DNA of 64,000 bases from Pyrodictiaceae archaeon (GTDB taxonomy: Archaea > Thermoproteota > Thermoprotei_A > Sulfolobales > Pyrodictiaceae). Shown here piece after piece: positions 1 to 9,465 of the stretch (the first letter of the stretch is position 1; each line of letters opens with the position of its first letter). The translations under genes were made by a program, and so were the position numbers. The DNA is taken from assembly GCA_027036135.1 (NCBI GenBank), contig JALVSY010000030.1:128001-192000 (forward strand), in the 5' to 3' direction. The notes beneath the pieces are model-generated. The model did no database searches. It was not told the origin of the DNA and saw only the letters and a program-made list of their open reading frames with translations.

Positions 1-2
1 AT

Positions 3-911
3 ACCTGCAACACCTAGAACCTCTGCGCTGCGAAGCTCAAGGCTGGCACCGCGAACGGAGAACCCGCCATGAGGGCCACGAACCCATAGGTCATTAACTC
101 TAAGCACTATGTCCTTACGTACTCCACGCGGCAATGAACGCCGACGCTTAACTATCTCTGTTAGCCTTTTTATACGCTCCTCGCCAAACATATAGCTAAG
201 CAACTGATCAACATGCGCATCCTTTCTAGAAACTATGGCAACTAGCCTACCTCTCCTCATGACAGCTATACGCTCAGCGACTCTCAATGCCTCGCTTAGC
301 CTATGTGTTATAAAAACAACTCCCCTACCTTCGTCAGCAAGCTGCCTTGTCAGCGATAATAACTTATCAACCTCTATTGGAGAAAGATGCGTGGTGGGCT
401 CATCAAGCAACACTATGCTTGCATCAATTAATAAAGCTTTAAGAATTTCAACCTTTTGTCTTTCACCGAATGACAAGCTCCAAACGTAAGCACTAGGGTT
501 AATAGATAATCCATACTTCTTCTCCAGGTCCTCCAACTGCTTTCTCACTAAGCGAATACCATGCCTCTTACCTGCTAGGCGAGAAACCAGCACAAGGTTC
601 TCTAGAACAGTGAAATTGTCTATGAGCATAGGGTTTTGAGGTACTAGCGCTATTCCTTTCCTCATAGCGTCTCTTGGACTATTAAATATGACAGGCTCTC
701 CTCTAACAAGGATCTGGCCTTCTGTGGGCTTTATTAAACCAGCAGCGATGCTTACAAGGGTGGTCTTTCCAGCACCGTTTTCGCCAAGAAGTGCTAGAAC
801 CTCTCCTGGGTAAATATCGAGACTAACATCTTTATTAGCTACAACACCGCCCGGATATATTTTAGTAATATTCCTTAGCGATAAGAGGGGTCTCTTATCG
901 CCGTTATTCAC
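3..911 (-). CDS. Sugar/nucleoside ABC transporter ATP-binding protein (partial, runs off window start)
   Basis: Manual translation from GTG at 911: MNNGDKRPLLSLRNITKIYPGGVVANKDVSLDIYPGEVLALLGENGAGKTTL (Walker A), plus a LSFGERQKVEI signature. Confidence 0.85.
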   Translation of the reverse strand, partial: MNNGDKRPLLSLRNITKIYPGGVVANKDVSLDIYPGEVLALLGENGAGKTTLVSIAAGLIKPTEGQILVRGEPVIFNSPRDAMRKGIALVPQNPMLIDNFTVLENLVLVSRLAGKRHGIRLVRKQLEDLEKKYGLSINPSAYVWSLSFGERQKVEILKALLIDASIVLLDEPTTHLSPIEVDKLLSLTRQLADEGRGVVFITHRLSEALRVAERIAVMRRGRLVAIVSRKDAHVDQLLSYMFGEERIKRLTEIVKRRRSLPRGVRKDIVLRVNDLWVRGPHGGFSVRGASLELRSAEVLGVAG

Positions 912-1025
912 TAGTTGTTCCCTCTTATCTAGCCCCGATTAACCGTCACCAATGCACTATTGATTCCCTTGATGCAATTAGGAATCTAGTATCTTAGAGA
1001 AGAAAGACCAAGGAACCGATACGCA

Positions 1026-1267
1026 TTATTGCTTCTTATACCCTATCTCGCCGAGGAACTTCCTCAATGCCTCAACATTCCATTCCCACTTAGTTTTTCT
1101 TCTCTTATCTATGCGTATCCCTAGTCGACGAGCCTCCTCGATGCTGAGTCCTGCCTCCTTTATTTCCGGGATACTGAGCCCTCTCCCTATGCGTAGCCTG
1201 GGTCGGTGCCGCCATAGCGGAGGAGGCGTGGTTTCTTTACTATTGGCTTTGGTGCTTCTCCGCTCAT
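1026..1267 (-). CDS. rpl13e: 50S ribosomal protein L13e, interrupted by an apparent 1-nt frameshift near 1197
   Basis: C-terminal RIGRGLSIPEIKEAGLSIEEARRLGIRIDKRRKT is L13e-like. The expected N-terminus MSGEAPKPIVKKPRLLRYGGTDPG starts at ATG 1267 in another frame. Confidence 0.8.
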
Positions 1268-1394
1268 AATAGGGCACCCGTGCAGAGCACACTCTGGTTC
1301 GAGTGGTTTAAGACCTTTCGTTACATTTCACGAAGCTACTCAGTTCTTATCGCTAGATAGAAAATAGGCATAATACTTGGTAAAACAAAATGAC

Positions 1395-1883
1395 CTAGGT
1401 CTTTTCCCTAGTCCTGTTCTGTGAAAGTAGAGGAGATGCTGAGTCCTCTTTGCGGACACGTAGGACTAGGCTAGTGACTGTCCTCTTTATATATGGTACT
1501 TTGTTCACTCTTTTCACGAACTCATCAAGCTCTTTTACGTCGCGGAATCTGGCAACAACCGCTACATCATAGTCGCCAGTTATATCGTATACGGCTATGA
1601 CATTAGGCTCCGAGGCGAGTAGCTCCTCTGCATCAGTTATTCTCTCTCCATCGACTTGCAGCAACATGAGTGCTGTAATGCTATAACCTAGTGCATCGTA
1701 ATCAAGTATTATGGTGAAGCGCTTAATAGCTCCCATTCCTATGAGTTTTTGCAGCCTCATATGCACGGTTGAGACTGCGAGACCTAGCTCTCGGGATATT
1801 TCACGAATGCTCATTCTCGCATTAGATGCAAGTAGCTGCATAATCTTTACATCAATATCGTCAAGTCCCTTGGCACGGCCCAT
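1395..1883 (-). CDS. Lrp/AsnC family transcriptional regulator
   Basis: LDDIDVKIMQLLASNARMSIREISRELG HTH plus a RAM domain (YDITGDYDV). Start moved to ATG 1883. Confidence 0.9.
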   Translation of the reverse strand: MGRAKGLDDIDVKIMQLLASNARMSIREISRELGLAVSTVHMRLQKLIGMGAIKRFTIILDYDALGYSITALMLLQVDGERITDAEELLASEPNVIAVYDITGDYDVAVVARFRDVKELDEFVKRVNKVPYIKRTVTSLVLRVRKEDSASPLLSQNRTREKT

Positions 1884-2094
1884 GTCGCTGACTCCGAATA
1901 GTTGAGACTCAGCAACGACGTGCTTAAAATGTCTCTGCAAATTAGCCTCAACGACTAATACGTGTAGCAACTGCATCATCGTACGCAGAGGGATTAGAAA
2001 TAAAAAGGCACGACACAACCTTCCTAGTAGCTGATGTAGCTGATTGGATAAACACGGGTCTACGTGTGCTTGCCTAGAGGTGAACAAATAGACC

Positions 2095-2385
2095 TTGAGT
2101 AGACTACGTCGACTTGTCCTTGATGTATTAAAGCCCTTAAAGGAGCCCTCAATAGTTGATGTCGCTCTTGAGCTTAGCAAGCTCCCTGGCATAGACTCTG
2201 TCAATATAACCGTTAACGAGGTTGATGTTGAAACTCTAAGCCTCACCGTGGTAATAGAGGGCGAAAGCATAGACTTCGATTCTGTAAAAAGAGTACTGGA
2301 AGAAGTAGGAGCAGCTATTCACAGCATAGACCAGGTCGTTGCAGGGAAGAAAATAGTTGAAGTACCTCCACGCCCATCAGAGTAG
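2095..2385 (+). CDS. DUF211 family protein
   Basis: RRLVLDVLKP...GAAIHSIDQVVAG pattern; GAGGTGA RBS upstream. Confidence 0.8.
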   Translation: MSRLRRLVLDVLKPLKEPSIVDVALELSKLPGIDSVNITVNEVDVETLSLTVVIEGESIDFDSVKRVLEEVGAAIHSIDQVVAGKKIVEVPPRPSE

Positions 2386-2399
2386 AGCGGCGAGAAGCG

Positions 2400-2735
2400 A
2401 TGACTAATCAATATATCTCGATAGATGACTTTGCCAAAATCGATCTAAGAGTAGGGAAGATAATTGAGGCTGAGCACATCCCTGGAACAAAACTACTAAA
2501 ACTGATAGTTGATCTCGGCAACGAGAGAAGACAGATTATATCCGGTATAGCTGACTACTATAGACCAGAGGACATCATTGGTAAAAAAGTTGTTGTAGTT
2601 GCTAATTTGAAGCCGAAAAAGATTAGAGGATATCTAAGCGAGGGAATGATCCTAGCAGCTGGCTGCGAAAAAGGCCAACGCCCCGTCATCGTAACTGTCG
2701 GTGACGAAGCAGAGCCTGGGTGGAGAGTCTGCTAG
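2400..2735 (+). CDS. tRNA-binding OB-fold protein (MetRS C-terminal/Trbp111/CsaA family)
   Basis: IDDFAKIDLRVGKI, RQIISGI and NLKPKKIRGYLSEGMILAA motifs. Confidence 0.9.
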   Translation: MTNQYISIDDFAKIDLRVGKIIEAEHIPGTKLLKLIVDLGNERRQIISGIADYYRPEDIIGKKVVVVANLKPKKIRGYLSEGMILAAGCEKGQRPVIVTVGDEAEPGWRVC

Positions 2736-2929
2736 TGTCTATTCATCCTATAGAAGGGTGCAAGGGCCCGCACTAATAGCTCCTTAATACTGACTAAGGA
2801 CTACATAAGGATTCTCGGGTTTTATTGACTAGTGCCTTGATACTAAGTTTTCGTAATAACTTTATGGTCTCCTTTTAGACTTTATAGATATAGAACTTAT
2901 TACCTGGTTTTCATTGTTATGATAACCTG

Positions 2930-3439
2930 GTGAGAGAAGTGCAGTATCCATTTCTTCTCAGTACATGGGTAAAAGCAGAGCCAATGAAGGGAAAGAAGCT
3001 GGCAATAGTGGCTGCATGTCTACCCTTTGTTAATAAGGAACTATTCGAGAAAATAGCGAGAGATGATGAACGCGTAATATTGTTAGCCTGCCCCGAGAAA
3101 GAACCAGCACTGCACTATGGTAAGATAGCTAGCATGATTAGAAGCGTTAAGCCTTCATTGGTTGAGGTCTATAGTATTGATGGAAGCCCGCATTGCTTTA
3201 CTCTACATGCCTCTGTGAACGAGGCAGAGTACATCCTGGGCGAGAAGGTTCCTCGAAGACACTACGTAGTAGTAGATGGTAAGGAGCTAAGAGAGATAAG
3301 CCCTGATGCAGTGAGAGTTGCAAGGTACTTGCATATAGTAGACGAGGTTATTAGGGAGAAGCCAGAGCTGCTTAAGCATCTCGAGAAACATAGCCTGGAG
3401 TATAAGCAGGCTAAGAGACTCTCGTCAGAGAAGCGCTAA
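2930..3439 (+). CDS. Putative Fe-S/metal-binding protein
   Basis: Cys motifs AACLP, LACP and SPHC resemble the C-terminal domain of ferredoxin-associated proteins. Confidence 0.5.
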   Translation: MREVQYPFLLSTWVKAEPMKGKKLAIVAACLPFVNKELFEKIARDDERVILLACPEKEPALHYGKIASMIRSVKPSLVEVYSIDGSPHCFTLHASVNEAEYILGEKVPRRHYVVVDGKELREISPDAVRVARYLHIVDEVIREKPELLKHLEKHSLEYKQAKRLSSEKR

Positions 3440-3486
3440 CCTCATTAACATTTCTCCATATCTATTCTCTCCTCCTGGGACTGTTT

Positions 3487-4608
3487 TTGGGGACAATCTG
3501 TCTCCTAGGATTTGGCCGCATAGGCGAGATGACTGCGCAATTTCTGCGAGAAAGCGGGCTAGCACCAATAGTATTTGATGCATCGGGTGAACGGGTTAGG
3601 AGAGCTGAGCGCCTAGGCTTTGAAGCCCACCTCGCAGATGTAAGCGAATCCTCTGCGGCCGAGAGGGTTGCCGCCGAGTGTGATATAGTAGCAACAGCGC
3701 TACCAAGTAATGTCGCCGAGAAGGTGCTCTTGAACCTAATTAGTGCAAGCATACCAGTAATAGTTGACGTATCCTATCTGCGCGATCCACTGCTCTTCAA
3801 AGAAAAAGTCGTAGAGGCGAGGGTCAAGCTTTTTGTCGATACAGGGCTTGCACCCGGCTTATCAAATATGTTAGCTGCGAGAGCATGCGAGCAAATGGAT
3901 AAGTGCAATAGCGCTGAAATCTATGTTGGCGGTATAGAGGAGAAACAGACAACTCCTCTAGGCCTTGTAGCTTCTTGGTCTATAAGCGATCTCTTCGAAG
4001 AATATACGAGAAAAGCTAGGGCAAGGCTCCTTGGCCAAAACGTTCTCCTAGACCCAATAAATGATATGAAGAGACTAACTCTTCCAGGGCTTGGAGAGTT
4101 TGAGGCACTGCCAACGGATGGACTCAGAACACTTCTATTAACGCTACGAGACGTTGACAACCTTGTTGAGTATACGCTGCGCTACATAGGGCATGTAGCA
4201 GTTATAAAAATGCTTAGAGAAATGGGGCTCCTCGATACTCGTAGCTATGTTGTTGGGGGCTGCGCTGTATCTCCCCGAGACTTCTTCGTAAAGATGTTGG
4301 AGGAGCGACTACCGAAGAGAAATGACCGCGTTATACTCTATGTTAGGACCCAAGGCACTAAATCCGACAAGTACGTAACCATCGAGTATATTCTCGACGA
4401 GAATCAGAAGCAACTAGGCATAGAGAAACCAGTCCTAGCCTACTTGACTGGGCTCGTACATGCATGGTTCGTCATACAAGCCTCAAGAGGAGCAGGTCAT
4501 ATAGGCCTAAATGCTCCCGAGGAGCTTGCCGAAAATCTCAATGATCTCCTTAGATTCCTTGAGGCGCGGAACGTGCTTCTACAGAGAAGACAATGTGTTA
4601 TACAATAG
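3487..4608 (+). CDS. Saccharopine dehydrogenase / lysine 6-dehydrogenase family protein
   Basis: GFGRIG Rossmann motif, DTGLAPGLSN, TDGLRTL, YTLRY.GH. Confidence 0.8.
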   Translation: MGTICLLGFGRIGEMTAQFLRESGLAPIVFDASGERVRRAERLGFEAHLADVSESSAAERVAAECDIVATALPSNVAEKVLLNLISASIPVIVDVSYLRDPLLFKEKVVEARVKLFVDTGLAPGLSNMLAARACEQMDKCNSAEIYVGGIEEKQTTPLGLVASWSISDLFEEYTRKARARLLGQNVLLDPINDMKRLTLPGLGEFEALPTDGLRTLLLTLRDVDNLVEYTLRYIGHVAVIKMLREMGLLDTRSYVVGGCAVSPRDFFVKMLEERLPKRNDRVILYVRTQGTKSDKYVTIEYILDENQKQLGIEKPVLAYLTGLVHAWFVIQASRGAGHIGLNAPEELAENLNDLLRFLEARNVLLQRRQCVIQ

Positions 4609-4660
4609 GTTATTGAGTGAGGAAACATAAAGAGGGGGCAGCATAGAGCCTTTTGATACC

Positions 4661-4719
4661 GGGCTATGAGGACTGGTATTACCATTGAGTGGTGATAGAG
4701 CCCTTCCGCTACCGAGCCC
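4661..4719 (+). ncRNA. Box C/D guide sRNA (first of a tandem pair)
   Basis: Terminal stem GGGCT/AGCCC; C ATGAGGA 4666-72; guide CTGGTATTACCA; D' TTGA; C' GTGATAGA; guide GCCCTTCCGCTA; D CCGA 4712-15. Confidence 0.75.
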
Positions 4720-4781
4720 TGGCTGTGAAGACGGATTATCGGGCAGATACAAGATGAAGAATATACCCTCTGGCTGAGCCA
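4720..4781 (+). ncRNA. Box C/D guide sRNA (second of a tandem pair)
   Basis: Stem TGGCT/AGCCA; C GTGAAGA 4725-31; guide CGGATTATCGGG; D' CAGA; C' ATGAAGA; guide ATATACCCTCTGG; D CTGA 4774-77. Confidence 0.8.
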
Positions 4782-4797
4782 AGGGTGTAGCTGATAC

Positions 4798-5523
4798 ATG
4801 AAGAAGCCTCTAGTGATTCTCGAGAATGTTTTTAAGATATATGATACCGGTAAGGTTAGGACCTATGGTTTGAGGGGTTTAAGTCTAACCATATACGAGG
4901 GGGACTTTGTCGCGATAATGGGGCCTAGTGGCTCCGGTAAAACAACTCTCCTCAACATGATAGGGCTTCTTGATAAACCGAGTAGCGGGAGAATAGTACT
5001 TGCGGGAAAGGATGTCTCTAGGCTAGCTGATAAAGAGGCTGCACGGCTCAGAAATCGCTTAATCGGATTTGTTTTCCAGCAATTTAATCTAATAAATAGA
5101 TTAACTGTTTTCGAGAATATAGAACTACCTCTTATCCCGCGTGGTATTCCCCGAAAGAGGAGAAGAAAACTCGTAGTGAACGCTTTACTAAGTGTCGGTG
5201 GAGACTTATCGTGGCTTCCTAAGAAGCCTCTCGAGCTTAGTGGCGGACAACAACAACGCGTAGCAATTGCAAGAGCGATAGTGGGCTCACCGCGCCTCAT
5301 ACTAGCTGATGAGCCTACCGGAGCTCTTGACCGCAGAAGTGCTAGAGTCGTTGTAGAGACCTTTGTGAAGCTGAACAAGGTGGGTAATACAATAATAGTT
5401 GTAACACATGACCCAGAAATAGCTAACTGTACTAATACTATATACCAGATAAGAGATGGCATCATAATAGCGAGAGACGAGCCCGATCCAGAAAGGTGTA
5501 TACTTCAAACAGTTACGCCATAA
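4798..5523 (+). CDS. ABC transporter ATP-binding protein (LolD/MacB-type)
   Basis: GPSGSGKTT, LSGGQQQRVAIARA, ILADEPTGALD, VTHD. Confidence 0.92.
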   Translation: MKKPLVILENVFKIYDTGKVRTYGLRGLSLTIYEGDFVAIMGPSGSGKTTLLNMIGLLDKPSSGRIVLAGKDVSRLADKEAARLRNRLIGFVFQQFNLINRLTVFENIELPLIPRGIPRKRRRKLVVNALLSVGGDLSWLPKKPLELSGGQQQRVAIARAIVGSPRLILADEPTGALDRRSARVVVETFVKLNKVGNTIIVVTHDPEIANCTNTIYQIRDGIIIARDEPDPERCILQTVTP

Positions 5524-5574
5524 TTGGCTCCTCAACAATAAAATAAGTAAGGAAGCTGTAACTATACCCTCCTC

Positions 5575-8500
5575 TTGGGCAATACAATGCAGCTAAGGAG
5601 TAGAGGTATTATAATACTTTTGGGCATGACGAGTATAGTCTTTACCCTCTTGTACTCAGTACACATAGCAACTGCGTATACTGCACCTCGATGGAAATGG
5701 GTATACATACCAACATGCGGGGAGAACGAGACTAAGATAGGTATACGCTCGTATATAACTCCATTGCCCTATCCCGGGACGATGAATAATCAATTAATCA
5801 TAGAATTTCTAAATCCCGATAACGCCCAGTACAACATAACGCTTCACGTGTATCTTCCTTTAGGCTGGTTGCCAAGAACAACTAATAGGACAATAACCCT
5901 GATGCATGGGGTCACGGAGCTAGTTATACCAGGGCTATATGTACCTGAGGATACCCGGCCAGGCGAATATCAGCTAGGAATAGTCGTAGAGCGAGTCTGT
6001 AGTCAAGGCTCAGCTTGGAGGACTCTGTATGTTCCGGTCACGGTGTATCCGAAGCCGTTTCAAAGAATTAGGCTAGTCAATGCATCATGGAGTGATGGCT
6101 ACGCTTACCCAGGGCTACACGGAGAAACACTCGTGGTCAAGCTACGAAACGAGGGACCTTTCACAATAGTAAGTTATACGGCTACGATTCATCTCCCTGA
6201 GGGCATGTATGTATCAGGAACTAATCTAACAAGCTATACAATAAGAAGAACTGGTATTGAAATAAGGCCAGGAGACCTACTAGAGCTCAGAATACCGGTT
6301 GACATAGCAACTAGCATGGTACCCGGCACCGAGACCGTACAGCTCACACTAAACTCAACAATAGAGTACAATGGGGCATTACTACAAGAAAGCTTCTTAA
6401 TAAACATCAATGCAAAAATTAGCCGGATCCCATTATTATCATACAAGGTAATCGAAAAAGGCTGGGTTACTGGGGCTGCATTTCCTGGCGAGAAAGGGGC
6501 GGAAATGGTTCTTCGGGTCATAAACATGGACAAGTTCACCGCGACGAACGCGTATGTAACAATTAGGTTGCCGAAAGGAATGACAATAAATAATAAATCA
6601 GTACAAACAATAGTTCTCAGTAACATTGCAATAGGATACGGAAACGTACTCAACATACAAGCAAGAGTGAACATAAATAACGACCTAGAACCAGGAACAT
6701 ATTACGCGACAATTAATGCACTACTATACGGCAATGAGCCCAGCGGGGCGCGTGGTCTCCGAAGAATAGAGATCAAAGTACCACTACTAGTTTTACCAAA
6801 AACGAGTATTGATCTTAGGCTTATTAGTATCGAATGGAGTGATCACTATGCTTACCCTGGCGAGATAAATGCTGAGCTAAGCATCCTTTTGAGAAGCATG
6901 ACGAAGGCTACCATTAGTAATCTTGTCTTTAATTTGTCTATTCCAGCGCTAAATGTAACAAGAATAATCACGCCTAACCAGAGACTTGGTTTCGGCGACC
7001 TCTTAAGAATAAATACTCGCTTGACAATACCGACTAGCATTAAGCCCGAGAACTACCAAGTAATAATATCTGTAAGTGGCATAGTTAATCTAGATAACCA
7101 AGAATACATAGGTTTCACAAATATACTGAGCAAGTTAGCGATACGTAAACCGCCCAATGACTCGATCAAGATCCTGGGGACACGGTGGGAGAGCATAGTA
7201 ATTGGTAACGAGTCTTTTGCAGCTAGGCCCCAGGTGCTCATAGAGTACTGGGGTAAAGACAGAATTCGTTCACTCATTATAATGGTGACCAATGTTACTA
7301 ACGCAAAACTACGTGGCGATGTGACAAGCGAAGTAGTGACCTACAACACTATTCTAGAACCGGGAACTACTGAGTGGATTAACCTACCAATGCTTAACAT
7401 AACTGATGCAGAGAAGCCAGTCTCGCTTAGGCTAAGCATAATTGCAATAGCAACCACGCCCTCCGGAGGCACTTATAATTTAAGCATAACTCGTAAGATA
7501 GAGCTGCCAGTAGCTCTGGAGAAAGACGTGCTTAGAATAGCTAGTATAGAGTACGTTACTAAGCACTTGCTTCCGGGAGCCAGGAATGCTGAAATAGCAC
7601 TAAGGATCGCGAACACGGCTCCAGAGCCCATCTATATACTAGGCATTAAGCCGCTTGTGCACGGAATAAATGCCAGTATTGCTCAGAATAGCTGTACTAC
7701 GCCGCTACCTCCGGGACAAGCATGCACACTTACGTTGAGCCTCTCCATACCAAATAGCACCAAGCCAGGCAAGTATAAACTAAGTCTAATTATATGGTAT
7801 AGCTACCAGCGAGACAACACCGTTAGGACATCGTACCAGCTCCTAACCACAAATATAAGCATAGAGGATATTGAAAAATATGAGCCAAGCATACTCGTAC
7901 AAGCCTATTGGTCACCAGCACCAGGCGCTGAGCCTATTCCCGTCTTACCAGGAGACACTGCACCGCTTCAACTAGTCATCTATAACATGGGGCCGACTGA
8001 CGTAAAGGGTCTATATGTTGTGCTAAACGCTAAGAATATTGGTAGGGTGCGCTCAATCAGCCAGCCATGTAGCCTCATACCAGCTGGCTCTAGCTGTACA
8101 ATAACCGCTTACCTGGAAATTAATAAGAATCTTAGCCCTGGCACGTATCCCCTAGGAGTTAATGTATCCTACATATTCAATGACTACACAGTATACAAGG
8201 TCATAAGAAAGCAATACAGTATTAGTGTACGCGTGAATAGCGACAGTGATGCGATAAGGATTGTATATCCCTACTGGCTTACCCCACCCAGGCCTGGTAC
8301 ACGAAGCGCCGAACTAGCACTGTACATAGTAGCTGATCCACGCCTTGTAGAAAAAATATCGTCATTAAGCATAACACTGCCAAGAGCCCTATTCAATCCA
8401 GAAAACAACACCACCACCGTCATCGCAATGCCAGCAAGCTCTATGCTTACAAATACTCAGATGAGCCAACTACGCCGAATCGGGACACAAGTACTTCAAT

Positions 8501-9465
8501 CAATAATGCCTAAGGCGTTGACGCTCACTAGCCCCCAGATCTATATCGCAAAAGTCGGTATAAGGAAACACGTTGAGGGCGTATATAGAGCCGAAGTTGC
8601 TATTTACTGGGTAGATCATCTTGGTGTATTAAGAGAATCAACGTATACCGTCAATCTACCAATAATTGGTGGGACCCCCTATATAGAGGTACATCTCCCT
8701 GCTACCGCGTGGCTGAAGGGAGGCATAGCTAATCTAAGCATAAGTCTCACTAATACCGGGAATGCACCAATCTATAATGTCTATGTATCCCTCATTCCCG
8801 CTTCATACACGGCTTATCCAAGTAGATCAACAATATATATACCAGAAATGATGCCGAACCATATATACAATATAACTTATCGATTGAACTATAATCCTGC
8901 ATCTTTCGGTCAACAATCATCATATACATTTAGCGGAATCCTAGCAATACTCTATGAGACGCCAACCGGTCTACACCAATTCTTTAACACAACTATATCA
9001 GTAGTACTTAGGCCAGCAATAGAGCTAGAGCTTGGCTCGTTAAAGGCGAGTTGGCGAAACGGTAGCCTAGTTATTGAAGGAGTTATAGCCAATATCGGCG
9101 TAGAGCAGGCCAAGACGGTAAGCATAAGAGTAATTGCCGCGAATGCGAGCACGACGACACTTATAGGCGATATAGATGCTGGCAGCGAGGCTCCCTTCAG
9201 AGTAGTTATGCAGGCGCCATTTACGAAGAGCGTTAAACTAGAGCTTATCTATCACGATGCTTACGGCGCTAACTATAGTATTGTAAAAACTTTGAGTGTC
9301 GCGAAAGAGGAGGCTAAGATGAGCATAAAGACAAGCGCTAAGAGAGGAGGGCTACTAGGAACCCTTAAGGCTATTACAATCGTGCTTGTACTTGCTGCAG
9401 TTCTCTCTGTTCTTTACCTCTATAAAAGGACTAGGCAAAGCAGTATAGAGAGTGAGGCTGCTTGA
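5575..9465 (+). CDS. Large membrane-anchored surface protein with tandem Ig-like repeats (COG1361/S-layer-domain-like)
   Basis: N-terminal signal-like segment, repeated W-x(3-5)-AYPG-type motifs, many NxS/T sequons, C-terminal TM helix; lies between ABC ATPase and permease. Confidence 0.75.
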   Translation: MGNTMQLRSRGIIILLGMTSIVFTLLYSVHIATAYTAPRWKWVYIPTCGENETKIGIRSYITPLPYPGTMNNQLIIEFLNPDNAQYNITLHVYLPLGWLPRTTNRTITLMHGVTELVIPGLYVPEDTRPGEYQLGIVVERVCSQGSAWRTLYVPVTVYPKPFQRIRLVNASWSDGYAYPGLHGETLVVKLRNEGPFTIVSYTATIHLPEGMYVSGTNLTSYTIRRTGIEIRPGDLLELRIPVDIATSMVPGTETVQLTLNSTIEYNGALLQESFLININAKISRIPLLSYKVIEKGWVTGAAFPGEKGAEMVLRVINMDKFTATNAYVTIRLPKGMTINNKSVQTIVLSNIAIGYGNVLNIQARVNINNDLEPGTYYATINALLYGNEPSGARGLRRIEIKVPLLVLPKTSIDLRLISIEWSDHYAYPGEINAELSILLRSMTKATISNLVFNLSIPALNVTRIITPNQRLGFGDLLRINTRLTIPTSIKPENYQVIISVSGIVNLDNQEYIGFTNILSKLAIRKPPNDSIKILGTRWESIVIGNESFAARPQVLIEYWGKDRIRSLIIMVTNVTNAKLRGDVTSEVVTYNTILEPGTTEWINLPMLNITDAEKPVSLRLSIIAIATTPSGGTYNLSITRKIELPVALEKDVLRIASIEYVTKHLLPGARNAEIALRIANTAPEPIYILGIKPLVHGINASIAQNSCTTPLPPGQACTLTLSLSIPNSTKPGKYKLSLIIWYSYQRDNTVRTSYQLLTTNISIEDIEKYEPSILVQAYWSPAPGAEPIPVLPGDTAPLQLVIYNMGPTDVKGLYVVLNAKNIGRVRSISQPCSLIPAGSSCTITAYLEINKNLSPGTYPLGVNVSYIFNDYTVYKVIRKQYSISVRVNSDSDAIRIVYPYWLTPPRPGTRSAELALYIVADPRLVEKISSLSITLPRALFNPENNTTTVIAMPASSMLTNTQMSQLRRIGTQVLQSIMPKALTLTSPQIYIAKVGIRKHVEGVYRAEVAIYWVDHLGVLRESTYTVNLPIIGGTPYIEVHLPATAWLKGGIANLSISLTNTGNAPIYNVYVSLIPASYTAYPSRSTIYIPEMMPNHIYNITYRLNYNPASFGQQSSYTFSGILAILYETPTGLHQFFNTTISVVLRPAIELELGSLKASWRNGSLVIEGVIANIGVEQAKTVSIRVIAANASTTTLIGDIDAGSEAPFRVVMQAPFTKSVKLELIYHDAYGANYSIVKTLSVAKEEAKMSIKTSAKRGGLLGTLKAITIVLVLAAVLSVLYLYKRTRQSSIESEAA

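Noticed and set aside
1905-1985. Minus-strand ATGATGC...CTGA, possible C/D sRNA
   Set aside because: Spacing is too long, there is no clear D'/C' pair, and it overlaps the likely Lrp promoter
1884-2270. Long N-terminal extension of the Lrp ORF (291 aa in the track)
   Set aside because: It overlaps the DUF211 gene on the opposite strand; homology begins at ATG 1883
3422-3480. Minus-strand ATGAGG...CTGA half C/D motif
   Set aside because: No convincing C box or terminal stem
4497-4799. Short minus-strand ORFs across the 4608-4798 gap
   Set aside because: No homology; better explained as shadows of the tandem sRNAs
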